A stretch of DNA of 64,000 bases from Gemmatimonadota bacterium (GTDB lineage: Bacteria > Gemmatimonadota > Gemmatimonadetes > Gemmatimonadales > GWC2-71-9), in the NCBI GenBank assembly GCA_039586365.1, contig JBDHKN010000011.1:18060-82059 (forward strand), written 5' to 3'. The position numbers were made by a program, and so were the translations under genes. Positions 39,646-50,428 of the stretch are shown here, one piece after another (positions within the stretch are counted from its first letter, which is position 1; every line of letters starts with the position of its first letter). The notes under the pieces are model-generated. The model ran no database searches and was not told where the DNA came from. It saw nothing but the letters and a program-made list of their open reading frames with translations.

Positions 39646-40565
39646 GGTTCTGGCGGCAACGTCTGGCCGGTGATTCTGACGTAGGCGTCCTGGTACCTGA
39701 TGCTGGTGGCGCTCACTATGTCGTCGGGCAGCGGTGGTGGTGGCGGATTGCCATCCCACCCTCCCCGTTTTCTGAGGTCGTCCAAGTAATCGCGCAACGG
39801 TTGCTTGTCGAAGCTTGGCTGGCCCCGCCCGGGGGAGTAGCTGTCAGCAGACCAAAAGCGGGACGAGTCCGGGGTGAGCAACTCGTCGGTCAGCAGCACA
39901 TCCCCCGAGGACGACAGACCAAACTCGAATTTGGTATCGGCGATGATGATACCCCGCCGTTTGGCTCGTTCGCGGCCCGCGGTGTACAACGCAAGACTGA
40001 CGTCGCGGAGTTGCCCAGCCAGCGATTCGCCTAAGTCGGCCTTCATGCGCTCGAAGGTGATGTTCTCGTCGTGTCCCTCGTCCGCCTTCGTTGCCGGAGA
40101 GAATATGGGCGGGTCCAATAGCTGACTTTCAACAAGCCCATCGGGCAGCTGTTCTCCAGCCAACGTCCCGCGTTCCCGGTATTCCTTCCAAGCTGAACCC
40201 GTTATGTATCCTCTCACAACGCACTCAAACGGTATCGGATCAGCCCGGCGAGCGAGTGTCGAGCGACCGTCGATTTGCGCGCGCTCAGAGGCCAGAGCGG
40301 GCACGAAGTTGATTATTTCGGTCACGTCACTTGTCACAAAATGGCTGGGTACTGTGCTCGCAAGCTCCTTGAACCAGAACGCACTCATCTGGGTGAGCAC
40401 CTCACCCTTCCTGGGAATGGGCTCTGCCAGCACAACGTCAAATGCACTGACGCGATCGCTAGCGACCAGAAGTAGCATGTCATCGTCCACGGAATACAGT
40501 TCGCGCACCTTCCCCCGTCTGATGAGGGGAAGCGGAAGGCTGCTCCGGATCAATGCCTGATTCAT
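39642..40565 (-). CDS. purC: SAICAR synthase
   Basis: RGKVRELY, SDRVSAFD, ECVVRGY, DTKFEFG, LTPDSSRFW, FDKQ. Confidence 0.97.
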   Translation of the reverse strand: MNQALIRSSLPLPLIRRGKVRELYSVDDDMLLLVASDRVSAFDVVLAEPIPRKGEVLTQMSAFWFKELASTVPSHFVTSDVTEIINFVPALASERAQIDGRSTLARRADPIPFECVVRGYITGSAWKEYRERGTLAGEQLPDGLVESQLLDPPIFSPATKADEGHDENITFERMKADLGESLAGQLRDVSLALYTAGRERAKRRGIIIADTKFEFGLSSSGDVLLTDELLTPDSSRFWSADSYSPGRGQPSFDKQPLRDYLDDLRKRGGWDGNPPPPPLPDDIVSATSIRYQDAYVRITGQTLPPEP

Positions 40566-42004
40566 AGCATGACCGCGGCTACGTCCGCTGATCGATACGG
40601 TGCCAAGGCCTTGAGGATCTCTGCGACAGGGCCCCGCACAAATTCCACGACTTGTTCCGGTGCTCGACCCACGTAGCGGGCGGGATCGAGCTGGGCCTGC
40701 AGTGCCGCGGCTTCGACTTTGCTAAAGGCCGGTTCGTTGGACAGCCGGTCCAGGAGATTGTTGTCGCTGCCGCGAGCCCCCACGGAGTTCTGGACCGCTC
40801 GACTGTGGCGCCGGATTACGTCATGTAGCTCCTGCCGATCGCCTCCCGCTTCGACTCCCAGCATGAGCCATCGCTCCGTGGCCATGAACGGCATCACGCG
40901 CGTTACGTTGTTGGTAACCACGGCCCCTTTCACGTCGAGTCCTCTCGCGACATTGGTACATAGCACGAGGATTGCGTCAGCGGCCAAGAATGCCTCTGGG
41001 AGTGTCAATCGGCGGTTGGCACTGTCGTCCAGTGTGCGTTCGAGCCATTGCGTAGCGGCCGTGTTGGCCGCGTTCGCACTGAGCGTGATCACGTGGCGCG
41101 CCAGCGCACAGATCCTCTCAGCACGCATCGGATTCCTCTTGTATGCCATCGCACTCGATCCGATCTGATCGGTTTCTATTGGTTCGAGTACCTCTCCCTC
41201 ATGCTGGAGCAGACGGAGGTCCGTGGCATACTTCGCAGCGGACTGCCCCACCGCGCTCAACCGCTCCAACACGCTGCTGTCGATCTTGCGGGTGTAGGTT
41301 TGACCACTTACTGGAATGGACTGCTTGAAGCCAAACCGTACGGCAATGGCTTTGTCCAGTTCCTTGACCTTTGCGTGGTCTTCATGGAACAGTTCCAAGT
41401 AGCTCGCCTGAGTCCCGGTAGTGCCCTTGCAGCCTCTGAACGGCAAGCCAGCCACCAAGTAGAGGAGCTCCTGGGAGTCGAGGCAGAAATCCTGCAGCCA
41501 CATTGAAGCACGTTTGCCCACCGTCGTCAGCTGTGCCGGCTGGAAATGTGTGTAGCCCACCGTCGGCATCTCGCGGTACTTCATCGCGAACGAGGCGAGT
41601 GCTTCAATAACGGCGCCGAGTCTTCCAAGCATGAGATTGAGCGCGTCCCGCATCACGATCAGATCTGCATTATCAGTCACGTAGGCACTGGTTGCACCAA
41701 GATGCAAAATGGGGCGGGCAGCTGGCGCCTGGTCGCCAAATGCGTATACGTGCGCCATCACGTCGTGGCGGCACCGTTCTTCATATTGACGAACCAGCTC
41801 CAGGTCCGCGTCTGCGAGATGTGCATGCATCTCTTCGATCGCTCGGTCTGGGATGTCCAGTCCCAAACGTTGCTGCTCTTCCGCCAGTGCAAGCCATAAT
41901 TGACGCCACAAGCGCGCCCGGTGCTCGGCACTCCAAAGCTGTTGCATCGCGGGCGACGCATACCGAGCGCCGAGCGGAGATTCATACCGTGAGGATCCGT
42001 TCAT
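40562..42004 (-). CDS. purB: Adenylosuccinate lyase
   Basis: RHDVMAH, H.GATS, YTHFQPAQ, GSSAMAYKRNP. Confidence 0.96.
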   Translation of the reverse strand: MNGSSRYESPLGARYASPAMQQLWSAEHRARLWRQLWLALAEEQQRLGLDIPDRAIEEMHAHLADADLELVRQYEERCRHDVMAHVYAFGDQAPAARPILHLGATSAYVTDNADLIVMRDALNLMLGRLGAVIEALASFAMKYREMPTVGYTHFQPAQLTTVGKRASMWLQDFCLDSQELLYLVAGLPFRGCKGTTGTQASYLELFHEDHAKVKELDKAIAVRFGFKQSIPVSGQTYTRKIDSSVLERLSAVGQSAAKYATDLRLLQHEGEVLEPIETDQIGSSAMAYKRNPMRAERICALARHVITLSANAANTAATQWLERTLDDSANRRLTLPEAFLAADAILVLCTNVARGLDVKGAVVTNNVTRVMPFMATERWLMLGVEAGGDRQELHDVIRRHSRAVQNSVGARGSDNNLLDRLSNEPAFSKVEAAALQAQLDPARYVGRAPEQVVEFVRGPVAEILKALAPYRSADVAAVML

Positions 42005-43503
42005 GATACGTAGAAGGCCCTCGTGGCCAGGAGTCTTCCGTCACGCTCCACATAGACAACAACAGCAGTACGACTGCCCCGTACTCGACGGAACATCTCG
42101 GTGACATCCTCGGCCCGCGTTATCCTCTGTCGGTTTATCTGGATGATAAGGTCACCTGCCCTGAGCCCCACGTTCGTAGCTTCTCCAATCGAGTAGATCA
42201 ATGCTCCCTGGTCACTTTGGAAGCCTCGTTCCAGCTTTATTGGCGCCGTCAGCGTGATGAGCTGCATATCGCCAAGGGTGGAGATGCGCTCTGCTCGGGT
42301 TGTCGGAAGATCCTCGACCACGACTGTCGTCCTGCGCTCCCTGTTGCCGCGGCGATACACCGCGGGAATTGAGTCGCCCGGTCCGACATCCAGCAACACA
42401 GCTTCCCAGTCCAAGAAAGTCCGCGTAGCCTGCCCTGCGGCGGAAATGAGGATGTCTCCTGAGCGAAAACCGGACCGATCAGCTGGGCTGCCTGGTGCCA
42501 CCTGTGTGATTTCGAGACCTCCCGATTCCTTCCAGTCCCGTAACCGGTCCTGGCCCGCTACGTCCAGACCAACCCAGGACCGTCTCACGGTTGCGAAGCG
42601 GCGCAGCTCATCGGCTACGCGCAACGCCCGTTCGACTGGTATGGCGAAACCGATTCCAACCGAACCTCCGCTGCTACTGAAGATCGAGCTGTTAACACCT
42701 ACCACCTCACCGATAGCATTGACGAGCGGACCACCGCTGTTGCCGGGGTTGATCGCGGCATCGGTCTGAATCATTCCTACATAGATCCCGGGATCGTCAC
42801 CCGACGGAATCAAGTCCCGGCCCACAGCGCTTACGACACCGGCAGTTACGCTCGGTTCGGTGTTGCCCAATAGGTATCCATAGGGATTCCCAATGGCGAT
42901 CACCCATTCACCAATCACCAAGTCGTAGCTACTCCCGAGGGGAGCGGTGGGAAGGTTCCCTCCGTCGATCTGGAGTACCGCAATATCGGTCAGGGGGTCT
43001 TCTCCCAAGAGTTCGGCATCGAAATCGGTGCCGTCCCGCGTTGTCACGACGATCTCTTCGGCCCCCTCGGTTACGTGCTGGTTTGTGATCACAACCCCGT
43101 CGGCCGTGGCGATGAATCCTGAGCCGAGCCCTTGAACCAGCCGTTCGTAGCCGCGCGGCATAAGGAATTGGTCCCAGATGGTGGCGGGAACTCGCCGCTC
43201 GCGCCGAACGACATTGACGCTCACGACGGCCGGTGCAACTCGTGCCGCCGCGGTCGCGATCGCCGAATAGCGCGACTGCGTGATGTCATAGGAAACCTGC
43301 GGTCGGTCCTGTGTAGCTGACTGAGTTGTGAGACGCGAGGCACCCAGAGTTGTCGTGAGCGTAGCTCCGTTCGCCTGAGGCAAGGCCAGCGAGAGCGACT
43401 CAGCTGCTGAGCCACTCCCCAACCGAGGGCCCTCAGCTGCGTGATCGGCGCCGTCACAAGCCACGACCCCTACGCAGACGAGAACAATTGGAACTGTTCT
43501 CAA
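42001..43503 (-). CDS. HtrA/DegP-family serine protease with two PDZ domains (lipoprotein-like signal)
   Basis: [33 protein letters not shown] lipobox. Confidence 0.93.
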   Translation of the reverse strand: MRTVPIVLVCVGVVACDGADHAAEGPRLGSGSAAESLSLALPQANGATLTTTLGASRLTTQSATQDRPQVSYDITQSRYSAIATAAARVAPAVVSVNVVRRERRVPATIWDQFLMPRGYERLVQGLGSGFIATADGVVITNQHVTEGAEEIVVTTRDGTDFDAELLGEDPLTDIAVLQIDGGNLPTAPLGSSYDLVIGEWVIAIGNPYGYLLGNTEPSVTAGVVSAVGRDLIPSGDDPGIYVGMIQTDAAINPGNSGGPLVNAIGEVVGVNSSIFSSSGGSVGIGFAIPVERALRVADELRRFATVRRSWVGLDVAGQDRLRDWKESGGLEITQVAPGSPADRSGFRSGDILISAAGQATRTFLDWEAVLLDVGPGDSIPAVYRRGNRERRTTVVVEDLPTTRAERISTLGDMQLITLTAPIKLERGFQSDQGALIYSIGEATNVGLRAGDLIIQINRQRITRAEDVTEMFRRVRGSRTAVVVYVERDGRLLATRAFYVS

Positions 43504-44168
43504 CTGTGCGCCTTCGCTCGGGCGACCAGCTTGCTCCAGTCGTTGAGGAACTGGTCCAATCCGCGGTCGGTTAGCGGATGCAGTAACAGTCGCTTCAGTG
43601 TCGCAGTGGGCATCGTGGCTACGTCGGCTCCAATCAGCGCAGCCTCCGCCACGTGGCGCGGATGCCGGATCGATGCGGCGAGAATCTCAGTTTCTATCGC
43701 ATAGTTGTCGAAGATCTGTCGCGTCTCCCGGACGACGTCCATTCCATCGTGTCCAATGTCGTCCAACCGACCCAAGAAAGGAGAAACGTAGGTCGCTCCA
43801 GCCTTGGCGGCCACCAGGCACTGCACGGAGCTGAAGCAGAGGGTCACGTTTACCCTGATACCCTCCGTGCGGAGCCTGCGTACGACGGTCATTCCTTCCT
43901 CGAGCATCGGGATCTTCACGACGATGTTATCGTCTATGCGGGCCAGCGTCCGTCCTTCCTCATACATACCCTCTGCATCGACTGCGACCACTTCGGCACT
44001 TACCGGACCGCCCACTAGCGTGCAGATCTCCTTGAGTACGTCGTTGGGATCCACATCACCTGCATCCTTCGAAATAAGGGACGGATTGGTGGTAACGCCG
44101 TCGATCAGGCCGGCTCGAGCTGCCCACCCAATCTCGGCCAGATTCGCCGTATCGAGAAAGAACTTCAT
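43500..44168 (-). CDS. tal: Transaldolase (TalC/FSA subfamily)
   Basis: [20 protein letters not shown] (Glu), [13 protein letters not shown] (Phe favours transaldolase). Confidence 0.9.
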   Translation of the reverse strand: MKFFLDTANLAEIGWAARAGLIDGVTTNPSLISKDAGDVDPNDVLKEICTLVGGPVSAEVVAVDAEGMYEEGRTLARIDDNIVVKIPMLEEGMTVVRRLRTEGIRVNVTLCFSSVQCLVAAKAGATYVSPFLGRLDDIGHDGMDVVRETRQIFDNYAIETEILAASIRHPRHVAEAALIGADVATMPTATLKRLLLHPLTDRGLDQFLNDWSKLVARAKAHS

Positions 44169-44175
44169 TGATCGG

Positions 44176-44943
44176 TCACCTTTTTGAGTCGGGGTAGCGG
44201 GCGCTAACAAAGTAAAGGCCTTCTGGTGGAGCCGGCGGACTCGTCTCCGCATTGCTGGTCTGTCCCAGAAGGCGTGAGATGTCGTCTGGTGGCCTGCGCC
44301 CGCGTCCTACGTCCACCAGCGTGCCTACCAAAAACCGCACCATACGGTGCAGAAAGCGATCTGCCTCAATCTCAAAGATAAACCCTTTGGCATCGTCCCG
44401 CCTTTGCCATTTGGCGCGCATGACGCAACATCGGTAATGCGCTTTCTCTTGGCCCACAGACGAAAACGCTCGGAAGTCGTGTTCGCCTTCGAGGGGAGCT
44501 ACAGCTAGCAAGATTCTGGCTTCGTCCAGCGGCTTGCCCAAAGCCCATTCGAAAGGTCGGCGAAACGGTGAAAACGCCGTCTCATCACAGCCGATCAAGT
44601 ACCGATAGCTGCGTGAAACAGCATGTCGCCTCGCGTCAAAATCATCTGGTGCTGTACCCACTCGGGTCACCCAAATGTCCTGGGGGACCAGCGCCCTGAG
44701 AGCTCGCAACAGCTCATGCGGATCCCACGGTCTGGGGAGGCTGAAGCTTACGACCTGCCCGAGGGCGTGGACCCCGGCGTCGGTGCGACCAGCGGCCCGG
44801 GTCACGATTTTGCAGTCGCACAGTCGAGTCAAGACTGTCTCGAACTCGCCCTGAACCGTGCGAGCTGACGGCTGCATCTGCCAGCCCGCAAAGCTTCCCC
44901 CGAAGTACTGAAGCACAGCGTAGAGAGAGATGCTCGCTGGCAT
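44176..44943 (-). CDS. truA: tRNA pseudouridine(38-40) synthase
   Basis: [37 protein letters not shown]; start set to ATG 44943. Confidence 0.95.
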   Translation of the reverse strand: MPASISLYAVLQYFGGSFAGWQMQPSARTVQGEFETVLTRLCDCKIVTRAAGRTDAGVHALGQVVSFSLPRPWDPHELLRALRALVPQDIWVTRVGTAPDDFDARRHAVSRSYRYLIGCDETAFSPFRRPFEWALGKPLDEARILLAVAPLEGEHDFRAFSSVGQEKAHYRCCVMRAKWQRRDDAKGFIFEIEADRFLHRMVRFLVGTLVDVGRGRRPPDDISRLLGQTSNAETSPPAPPEGLYFVSARYPDSKR

Positions 44944-44950
44944 GTGCGGC

Positions 44951-44979
44951 AAAGTAGGCGCGGCTGCCAGAGGCTGCAA
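44951..44979 (-). promoter_or_regulatory. sigma70-type promoter for truA operon, leaderless geometry
   Basis: Minus strand TTGCAG-N17-TACTTT, 7 nt before ATG 44943. Confidence 0.55.
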
Positions 44980-44990
44980 GCCGACCTCCG

Positions 44991-45017
44991 TTGACATTGC
45001 CTCGCGCGGGGTAGACT
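44991..45017 (+). promoter_or_regulatory. Candidate trpD promoter
   Basis: TTGACA-N15-TAGACT (short spacer). Confidence 0.4.
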
Positions 45018-45061
45018 GTTCCTGGGACTCTCATGGACGAGGGCTCGTACTTGGTTCCGCA

Positions 45062-46114
45062 ATGACGCCCGGGACAACGACACCGGTCTCCCAGTCGCTC
45101 AAGGATCTTGCCAACGGAGAGGCTCTGAGCGAGGAGCTTGCCACTGCAGCCTTCACTCAACTGATGAGCGGTGAGGCTACGGCTGCACAAACCGCGGCTC
45201 TGCTGACGGGACTGCGGGTGCGGGGCGAGTCGGTGGATGAGGTCACTGGTGCAGTACGTGCACTGCGGGAAGCCATGGTTCATGTCGACGTGGAGGACCG
45301 CAATCGTCTGATCGACACGTGCGGAACTGGAGGCGGAACCGTCCCAACTTTCAACATCTCTACGGGGGCGGCCATCGTTGCCGTGGGTGCCGGGGCTCGC
45401 GTGGCCAAGCACGGCAACCGCTCCCACACTTCCAAGTGTGGATCGGCCGACGTGCTGGAAGCTTTGGGTGTGAACATTTCAGTGAACGCGGCCCGAGCGG
45501 CTCAAGTGCTAAGTCAAACCGGCATGGTGTTCTTGTTCGCGCCGGCATTCCACCCAGCTATGAAGTTCGTTGCGCCAGTGCGGCGTGAGATAGGGATTCC
45601 CACGATCATGAATTTGATAGGCCCGTTGGCGAATCCTGCTGGTGTGTCACGTCAACTGGTGGGCGTGGCCGATCAGCGCCGTGGACCGTTGTTGGCTGAG
45701 GTATTGCAGCGCCTGGGGGCCGAACACGCCATGGTTGTGCACGGCAGCGTGGGGATGGATGAGATAGCCCCACGCGGGACGACGCAGGTCTGGGAGGTGT
45801 GTTGTGGCGAGATGTTCTCGTGGACGCTTGACCCGAAGGATTTCGGCTTGGAAGTGGATGATCTGCGTCTGATAGCGGGCGGCGCGCCGGAAGACAACTC
45901 GAATCGCATAGCCGACCTACTCGCTGATCCGGAGCGAGACCCAGCAGGGCGGGCAGCCGTCCTGCTCAATGCAGCTGCCGCACTGCGCCTTGCCGGTGTC
46001 GCCGAAACCCTAGCTGAGGGAGTTGACGCAGCCGCCGCAGCCCTGCAAGATGGTTCGGCGCTACGTGTACTTGACGACCTGCGCCGTGCGACCAAGTTCA
46101 GTACTTGCGAATGA
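45062..46114 (+). CDS. trpD: Anthranilate phosphoribosyltransferase
   Basis: DTCGTGG...FNIST, AKHGNRS..SKCGSADVLEALG, GPLANP; start set to ATG 45062. Confidence 0.96.
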   Translation: MTPGTTTPVSQSLKDLANGEALSEELATAAFTQLMSGEATAAQTAALLTGLRVRGESVDEVTGAVRALREAMVHVDVEDRNRLIDTCGTGGGTVPTFNISTGAAIVAVGAGARVAKHGNRSHTSKCGSADVLEALGVNISVNAARAAQVLSQTGMVFLFAPAFHPAMKFVAPVRREIGIPTIMNLIGPLANPAGVSRQLVGVADQRRGPLLAEVLQRLGAEHAMVVHGSVGMDEIAPRGTTQVWEVCCGEMFSWTLDPKDFGLEVDDLRLIAGGAPEDNSNRIADLLADPERDPAGRAAVLLNAAAALRLAGVAETLAEGVDAAAAALQDGSALRVLDDLRRATKFSTCE

Positions 46115-46706
46115 CCCCTACCACCACACCCTGGATCAGGATGTCGTCTTCGTGTGCACGAATGGGGGGTACATTCTCGTTGGCAGGTTGCAGGCGGATC
46201 CAGCCACCGGGCTCGCGGTAGAAACGCTTCACGGTGGCTGAAGTTCCTTCAATGAGCGCCACGACCATTTCACCATTGTGAGCACTGTCCCGACTGTGGA
46301 CAACGACAAAGTCTCCGTCGGCGATGTGTTCATCGATCATGGATTCGCCGCGCACCTTCAGCACATATGAAGAGCCACGCCGCGGTATGAGGTCATTCGG
46401 CACCGATATGGCCTCGGGCGTGGTGACCGCTTCGATCGGTGCTCCCGCTGCCACCTGACCGAGCAACGGGAGTTCCATTGCACCTGTCTGCCCGGGGCGG
46501 GGGATTACTTCTATTGCGCGACTCTCATTGTGTGCCCTCCGGATGTAGCCCTTGCGCTCGAGGTTAGTCAGGTGCTCGTGAACCGTGGCCAGCGAATTGA
46601 AGCTGAAGTGGAGGGCAATCTCCTCGAAAGATGGGGCGTATCCGTGCTCCACGATGTAGCTTTCGACGTAATCGAGGATCTGCTTTTGGCGACGGGTCAG
46701 TGTCAT
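46098..46706 (-). CDS. lexA: SOS repressor LexA
   Basis: LT.RQ.QIL, G.APS..EI winged HTH, VAAG cleavage site, GESM (Ser), ATVKRF (Lys). Confidence 0.96.
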   Translation of the reverse strand: MTLTRRQKQILDYVESYIVEHGYAPSFEEIALHFSFNSLATVHEHLTNLERKGYIRRAHNESRAIEVIPRPGQTGAMELPLLGQVAAGAPIEAVTTPEAISVPNDLIPRRGSSYVLKVRGESMIDEHIADGDFVVVHSRDSAHNGEMVVALIEGTSATVKRFYREPGGWIRLQPANENVPPIRAHEDDILIQGVVVGVIRKY

Positions 46707-46730
46707 GATGGCCTGTCCGGGCACTAGTTA

Positions 46731-46778
46731 CCGAAGGAAGTCCGAACTGAATATACCCGAACACACCCCGAAGCGCAA
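46731..46778 (-). promoter_or_regulatory. lexA promoter with two direct-repeat operator candidates
   Basis: Minus strand TTGCGC-N17-TATATT; CCGAA on + strand at 46731, 46742, 46757, 46768 (two CCGAA-N6-CCGAA pairs). Confidence 0.7.
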
Positions 46779-46791
46779 CGCCCAAAGGACC

Positions 46792-47583
46792 TTGACCACA
46801 ACACTCGACCAAATACTCGAACAAACCCGCAAGAGCCTGCCGGGACTGCGGCGGCGGATGGGGGAGTTCAGAGAGGTTGCCGAAGCCCTGACCGCGGCGC
46901 CGTCTTGGACTGCTGCTCTGGCTGGTCCTCATGTATCGGTGATCGCGGAAGTAAAGCGGCGGTCACCGTCGGTGGGATCGATCGCGAGAGACTTGGAACC
47001 GGCGCAACACGCTCGTGCATACGAGTTGGGAGGCGCGAGTGCCATCTCGGTGCTGACCGAGGCACGCTATTTTGGAGGGTGCCTGGGCGATCTCAATCGC
47101 GTCAGCGAAGTCGTCACCATTCCCGTCCTGCGCAAGGACTTCATTTTGGATTCAGTCCAAGTGTATGAATCTCGGGCTGCAGGAGCAGCCGCTATTCTGC
47201 TGATTGTGAGGGCTCTCGATCCCGTGGCATTGCATGACCTTTCCACCCTGGCTGGAGAGCTTGGGTTGGGCGCAATCCTGGAGGTACACGACTTGAAGGA
47301 ACTGGACATCGCCTTGCAGGTGAGTGCCAACTGTATCGGAGTAAACAGTCGCGATCTGGCAACGTTCCAAGTCGATCTCACCACTCTGGCTGGAGTGCTG
47401 GACGAAGTGCCCAGTCATGTGGTAGCTGTCGCCGAGAGCGGGCTCAAGAACAGGGCCGACGTCGAGAAGGTCGCTTCATGGGGTGCCGACGCGGTGCTGG
47501 TAGGAACGGTCTTGGCCAGCGCTTCCGATCCCTGCAGCGCCGTGCGGGATTTGACCGGTATAGCTCGTCATGGTAGGAGCTGA
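46792..47583 (+). CDS. trpC: Indole-3-glycerol phosphate synthase
   Basis: [40 protein letters not shown] start after AAAGGA. Confidence 0.95.
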   Translation: MTTTLDQILEQTRKSLPGLRRRMGEFREVAEALTAAPSWTAALAGPHVSVIAEVKRRSPSVGSIARDLEPAQHARAYELGGASAISVLTEARYFGGCLGDLNRVSEVVTIPVLRKDFILDSVQVYESRAAGAAAILLIVRALDPVALHDLSTLAGELGLGAILEVHDLKELDIALQVSANCIGVNSRDLATFQVDLTTLAGVLDEVPSHVVAVAESGLKNRADVEKVASWGADAVLVGTVLASASDPCSAVRDLTGIARHGRS

Positions 47584-48763
47584 GGTGGAGCGGTTGGGTC
47601 GGTTCGGTCCCTATGGAGGCCGTTACGTACCGGAGACCCTGATAGCTGCGCTGGAGGAACTCGCTGTCGTCTACGACGAGGCCCGAGCCGATCCGCAATT
47701 CCTGTCGGAGCTGGAGGGATTGCTACACACCTACGTGGGTCGGCCTACCGCGCTGTCGGAGGCACCGCGGCTGTCCGAGCGCGTGGGATGTCGGGTGCTG
47801 CTCAAGAGGGAAGACCTGAACCACACTGGGGCTCACAAGATCAACAACACGCTGGGGCAAGTCCTGCTGGCCCGCAAAATGGGGAAGCGCAGAATCATTG
47901 CTGAAACGGGTGCTGGTCAGCACGGTGTGGCAACGGCGACGGCCTGTGCGAGGTTCGGGCTTGAGTGCGCAGTCTATATGGGAGCCGAGGATATGAACCG
48001 CCAGCGCCTGAACGTCTTTCGCATGGAGGCCATGGGAGCCAAGGTGGTGCCGGTGGTGTCGGGAACACGGACTCTCAAAGATGCCACCAATGAGGCTCTA
48101 CGAGACTGGGTGACCAACGTCACGGACACCCACTATGCGATCGGTTCGGTGGTGGGCCCAGACCCGTTCCCCCGCATGGTGCGTGACTTCCAGAGTGTCA
48201 TAGGGCGCGAGGCACGCGCCCAGATCCTCATGTTGACCGGCGAGCTTCCCAGTGTGGTCGTGGCCTGCGTCGGTGGGGGATCTAACGCACTGGGCATTTT
48301 CGTTGCCTTCATGGGTGATGAAGCCGTTGACCTGGTGGGGGTCGAGGCCGGGGGACAGGGAGTCGAGACAGGTCGCCACGCGGCCCCGTTGTGTGTGGGT
48401 GTTCCGGGCGTGCTTCACGGGAGCCTGAGCTACCTGCTGCAGGATGAGGATGGGCAGGTCCACCCGGCCCATTCCATCTCTGCAGGTCTTGACTATCCGG
48501 GAGTGGGTCCCGAACATGCTTATCTGCGGGACTGCGGTCGGGTCAAGTACGTCACAGTGACCGACCGTGAGGCCCTCGACGCGTTCTTCCTCCTAGGCAG
48601 GTCGGAGGGCATCTTGCCCGCGCTCGAGAGTGCCCATGCTGTCGCTTGGGTGCTGACGCAATCCGATCAGTGGAGTGATATGGACGTTGTGCTACTGAAC
48701 CTCAGCGGGCGTGGAGACAAGGACGTTGCCCACGTCGCGGAAACGAAGGCCGACGTTCGGTGA
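47570..48763 (+). CDS. trpB: Tryptophan synthase beta chain
   Basis: [43 protein letters not shown]. Confidence 0.98.
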   Translation: MVGAEVERLGRFGPYGGRYVPETLIAALEELAVVYDEARADPQFLSELEGLLHTYVGRPTALSEAPRLSERVGCRVLLKREDLNHTGAHKINNTLGQVLLARKMGKRRIIAETGAGQHGVATATACARFGLECAVYMGAEDMNRQRLNVFRMEAMGAKVVPVVSGTRTLKDATNEALRDWVTNVTDTHYAIGSVVGPDPFPRMVRDFQSVIGREARAQILMLTGELPSVVVACVGGGSNALGIFVAFMGDEAVDLVGVEAGGQGVETGRHAAPLCVGVPGVLHGSLSYLLQDEDGQVHPAHSISAGLDYPGVGPEHAYLRDCGRVKYVTVTDREALDAFFLLGRSEGILPALESAHAVAWVLTQSDQWSDMDVVLLNLSGRGDKDVAHVAETKADVR

Positions 48764-50428
48764 GTGGACCTTCCGTGTCGGATCAAGTAGTCGATAGCGC
48801 AGCCGTCGAGAACCTGATTTTGGTTCTCACCAAGGGCTTGCGTGCGATCCAACTGTATCTTCCCAACAATCCGATTTACCAGAAAGCTGTCGACAACGTG
48901 CGGGCCGCTTTCGCACCGGTTTGGGAAGAGGTATCCGAACTGGCACTCCACGTGACGGAGACGGACTTCGTTTGGGAGGACGTAGTCGTTTATACGCAGG
49001 CGTCAAAGGCGGAGAGCTTCGCATGGCTGTTCTACAAAGACGGAGTGCGCACCGTCACGCTGCTTCCAGGTGTGGAGGATGAGGAGATCGTAAGGTTCCT
49101 TGAGGTCATTCAGAAGGCTGCAGGGTTACCGAAGGATGCTACCGATGACCTGCTGACGCTTCTCTGGGAGGAGGATTTCCTCCGAATCCAGCACACCGCG
49201 CTCGAGCTCGACGATGGATCGGCACCTGCTCTGGAACCGTCCGCTTCTGGGTGGCGTGCCGGGACTCCTCCCGAAGCCGAACAGGTGCGGCAGCAAGTCG
49301 CGCAGGAAGCACAGGAAGCAGTCGCTGCGCAGGGAATCGTAAGCTTAGAGGATTTTGACAGCACGCTCTATTTCCTGGACGATGCTGAGATCGCCCATAT
49401 CAAGAACGAATTGGAACGGGAGTACGGCCAGGATCTGCGGGGCAACGTACTAGCCATGCTGTTCGACCTACTCGAACTCCAGACGTTCACTGCAGTCAGA
49501 GCCGAGCTTATCTCGATCACGGAGAACTTCATACCGTACCTTCTCGGAGTCGGTGACTTCCGGTCGGTAGCGTTCGTACTCAGAGAGCTGAAGGTGGTTC
49601 TGGAACGCGCGCGCGAACTGATCCGTGAGCACGATCGGCAACTCTCTGAGTTGCCCGCAAAACTCTCGCAGCCAGAGGCGCTGGGGCAGCTACTCCAGTC
49701 ACTGGACGAGGCAGTGGTGCATCCGAGTGAGGAGGAACTGGGAGATCTGTTCGGTGAACTCAGGCCCGAAGCACTGACGAGCGTGCTCCAGTGGCTGCCA
49801 CAGCTGGGAAACCAAAGAGTCCGTGGGATTCTGGAGCGGGCTGCGCATCGGTTAGCCACATCGCATCCCGACCAGCTCACCAAGACGCTCGACACTGAAG
49901 ACGAGGCCGTGCTGTTGCAGACAATCCGGATCATTGGTCAACTACAATCCCCACCGCTGGTGCCGTCGGTCGGTAGGTTGCTCAAACACAAGACCCCCCA
50001 CGTGCGTCATTGGATCGCCGAGTGCCATGAAGGAGATGGAGCGCGCGATTGAAGATGACGACCGGGACGTCCGCATTTCAGCCGCACGCACGCTCTCAGA
50101 GCGAGGCTACCGCGGGGCGTTCGCACGGATTGACTCCGCTATCAGGGGCCGTGCGCTGCGGACTGCAGATCTCACAGAGAAAACAGCGTTCTTTGAAGCC
50201 TACGGCCGATTGGCGGGAAAAGGGGGCATCACCTACTTGCGGGCGATGTTGCTGGGCAAGGGATTGCTGCGGAAGAAGGAGGACCCAGAGACGCGGGCTT
50301 GTGCAGCGATGGCTTTGGGGACCATTCGAGAGGCAGCGGCTCGAGATGTGCTGTCGGAAGCGGCGAGTCGTGAAAAGGATCCGCTGGTGAAGAACGCCAT
50401 CAACAAAGCGCTTCAGGAGCGGGTGTGA
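48760..50428 (+). pseudogene. HEAT-repeat protein split by a +1 frameshift near 50000-50008 (ORFs 48760-50052 and 49934-50428)
   Basis: HEAT-like repeats (DRDVRISAARTL, DPETRACAAMALG, DPLVKNA) continue across frames; both outer ends overlap neighbours by GTGA. Confidence 0.75.

Noticed and set aside
45018..45061. trp leader peptide/attenuator before trpD
   Set aside because: No Trp-codon-rich mini-ORF or terminator hairpin visible
46731..46772. CRISPR-like or tandem repeat array
   Set aside because: Repeats are 5 bp with 6-10 nt spacers, consistent with an operator; no cas genes in the window
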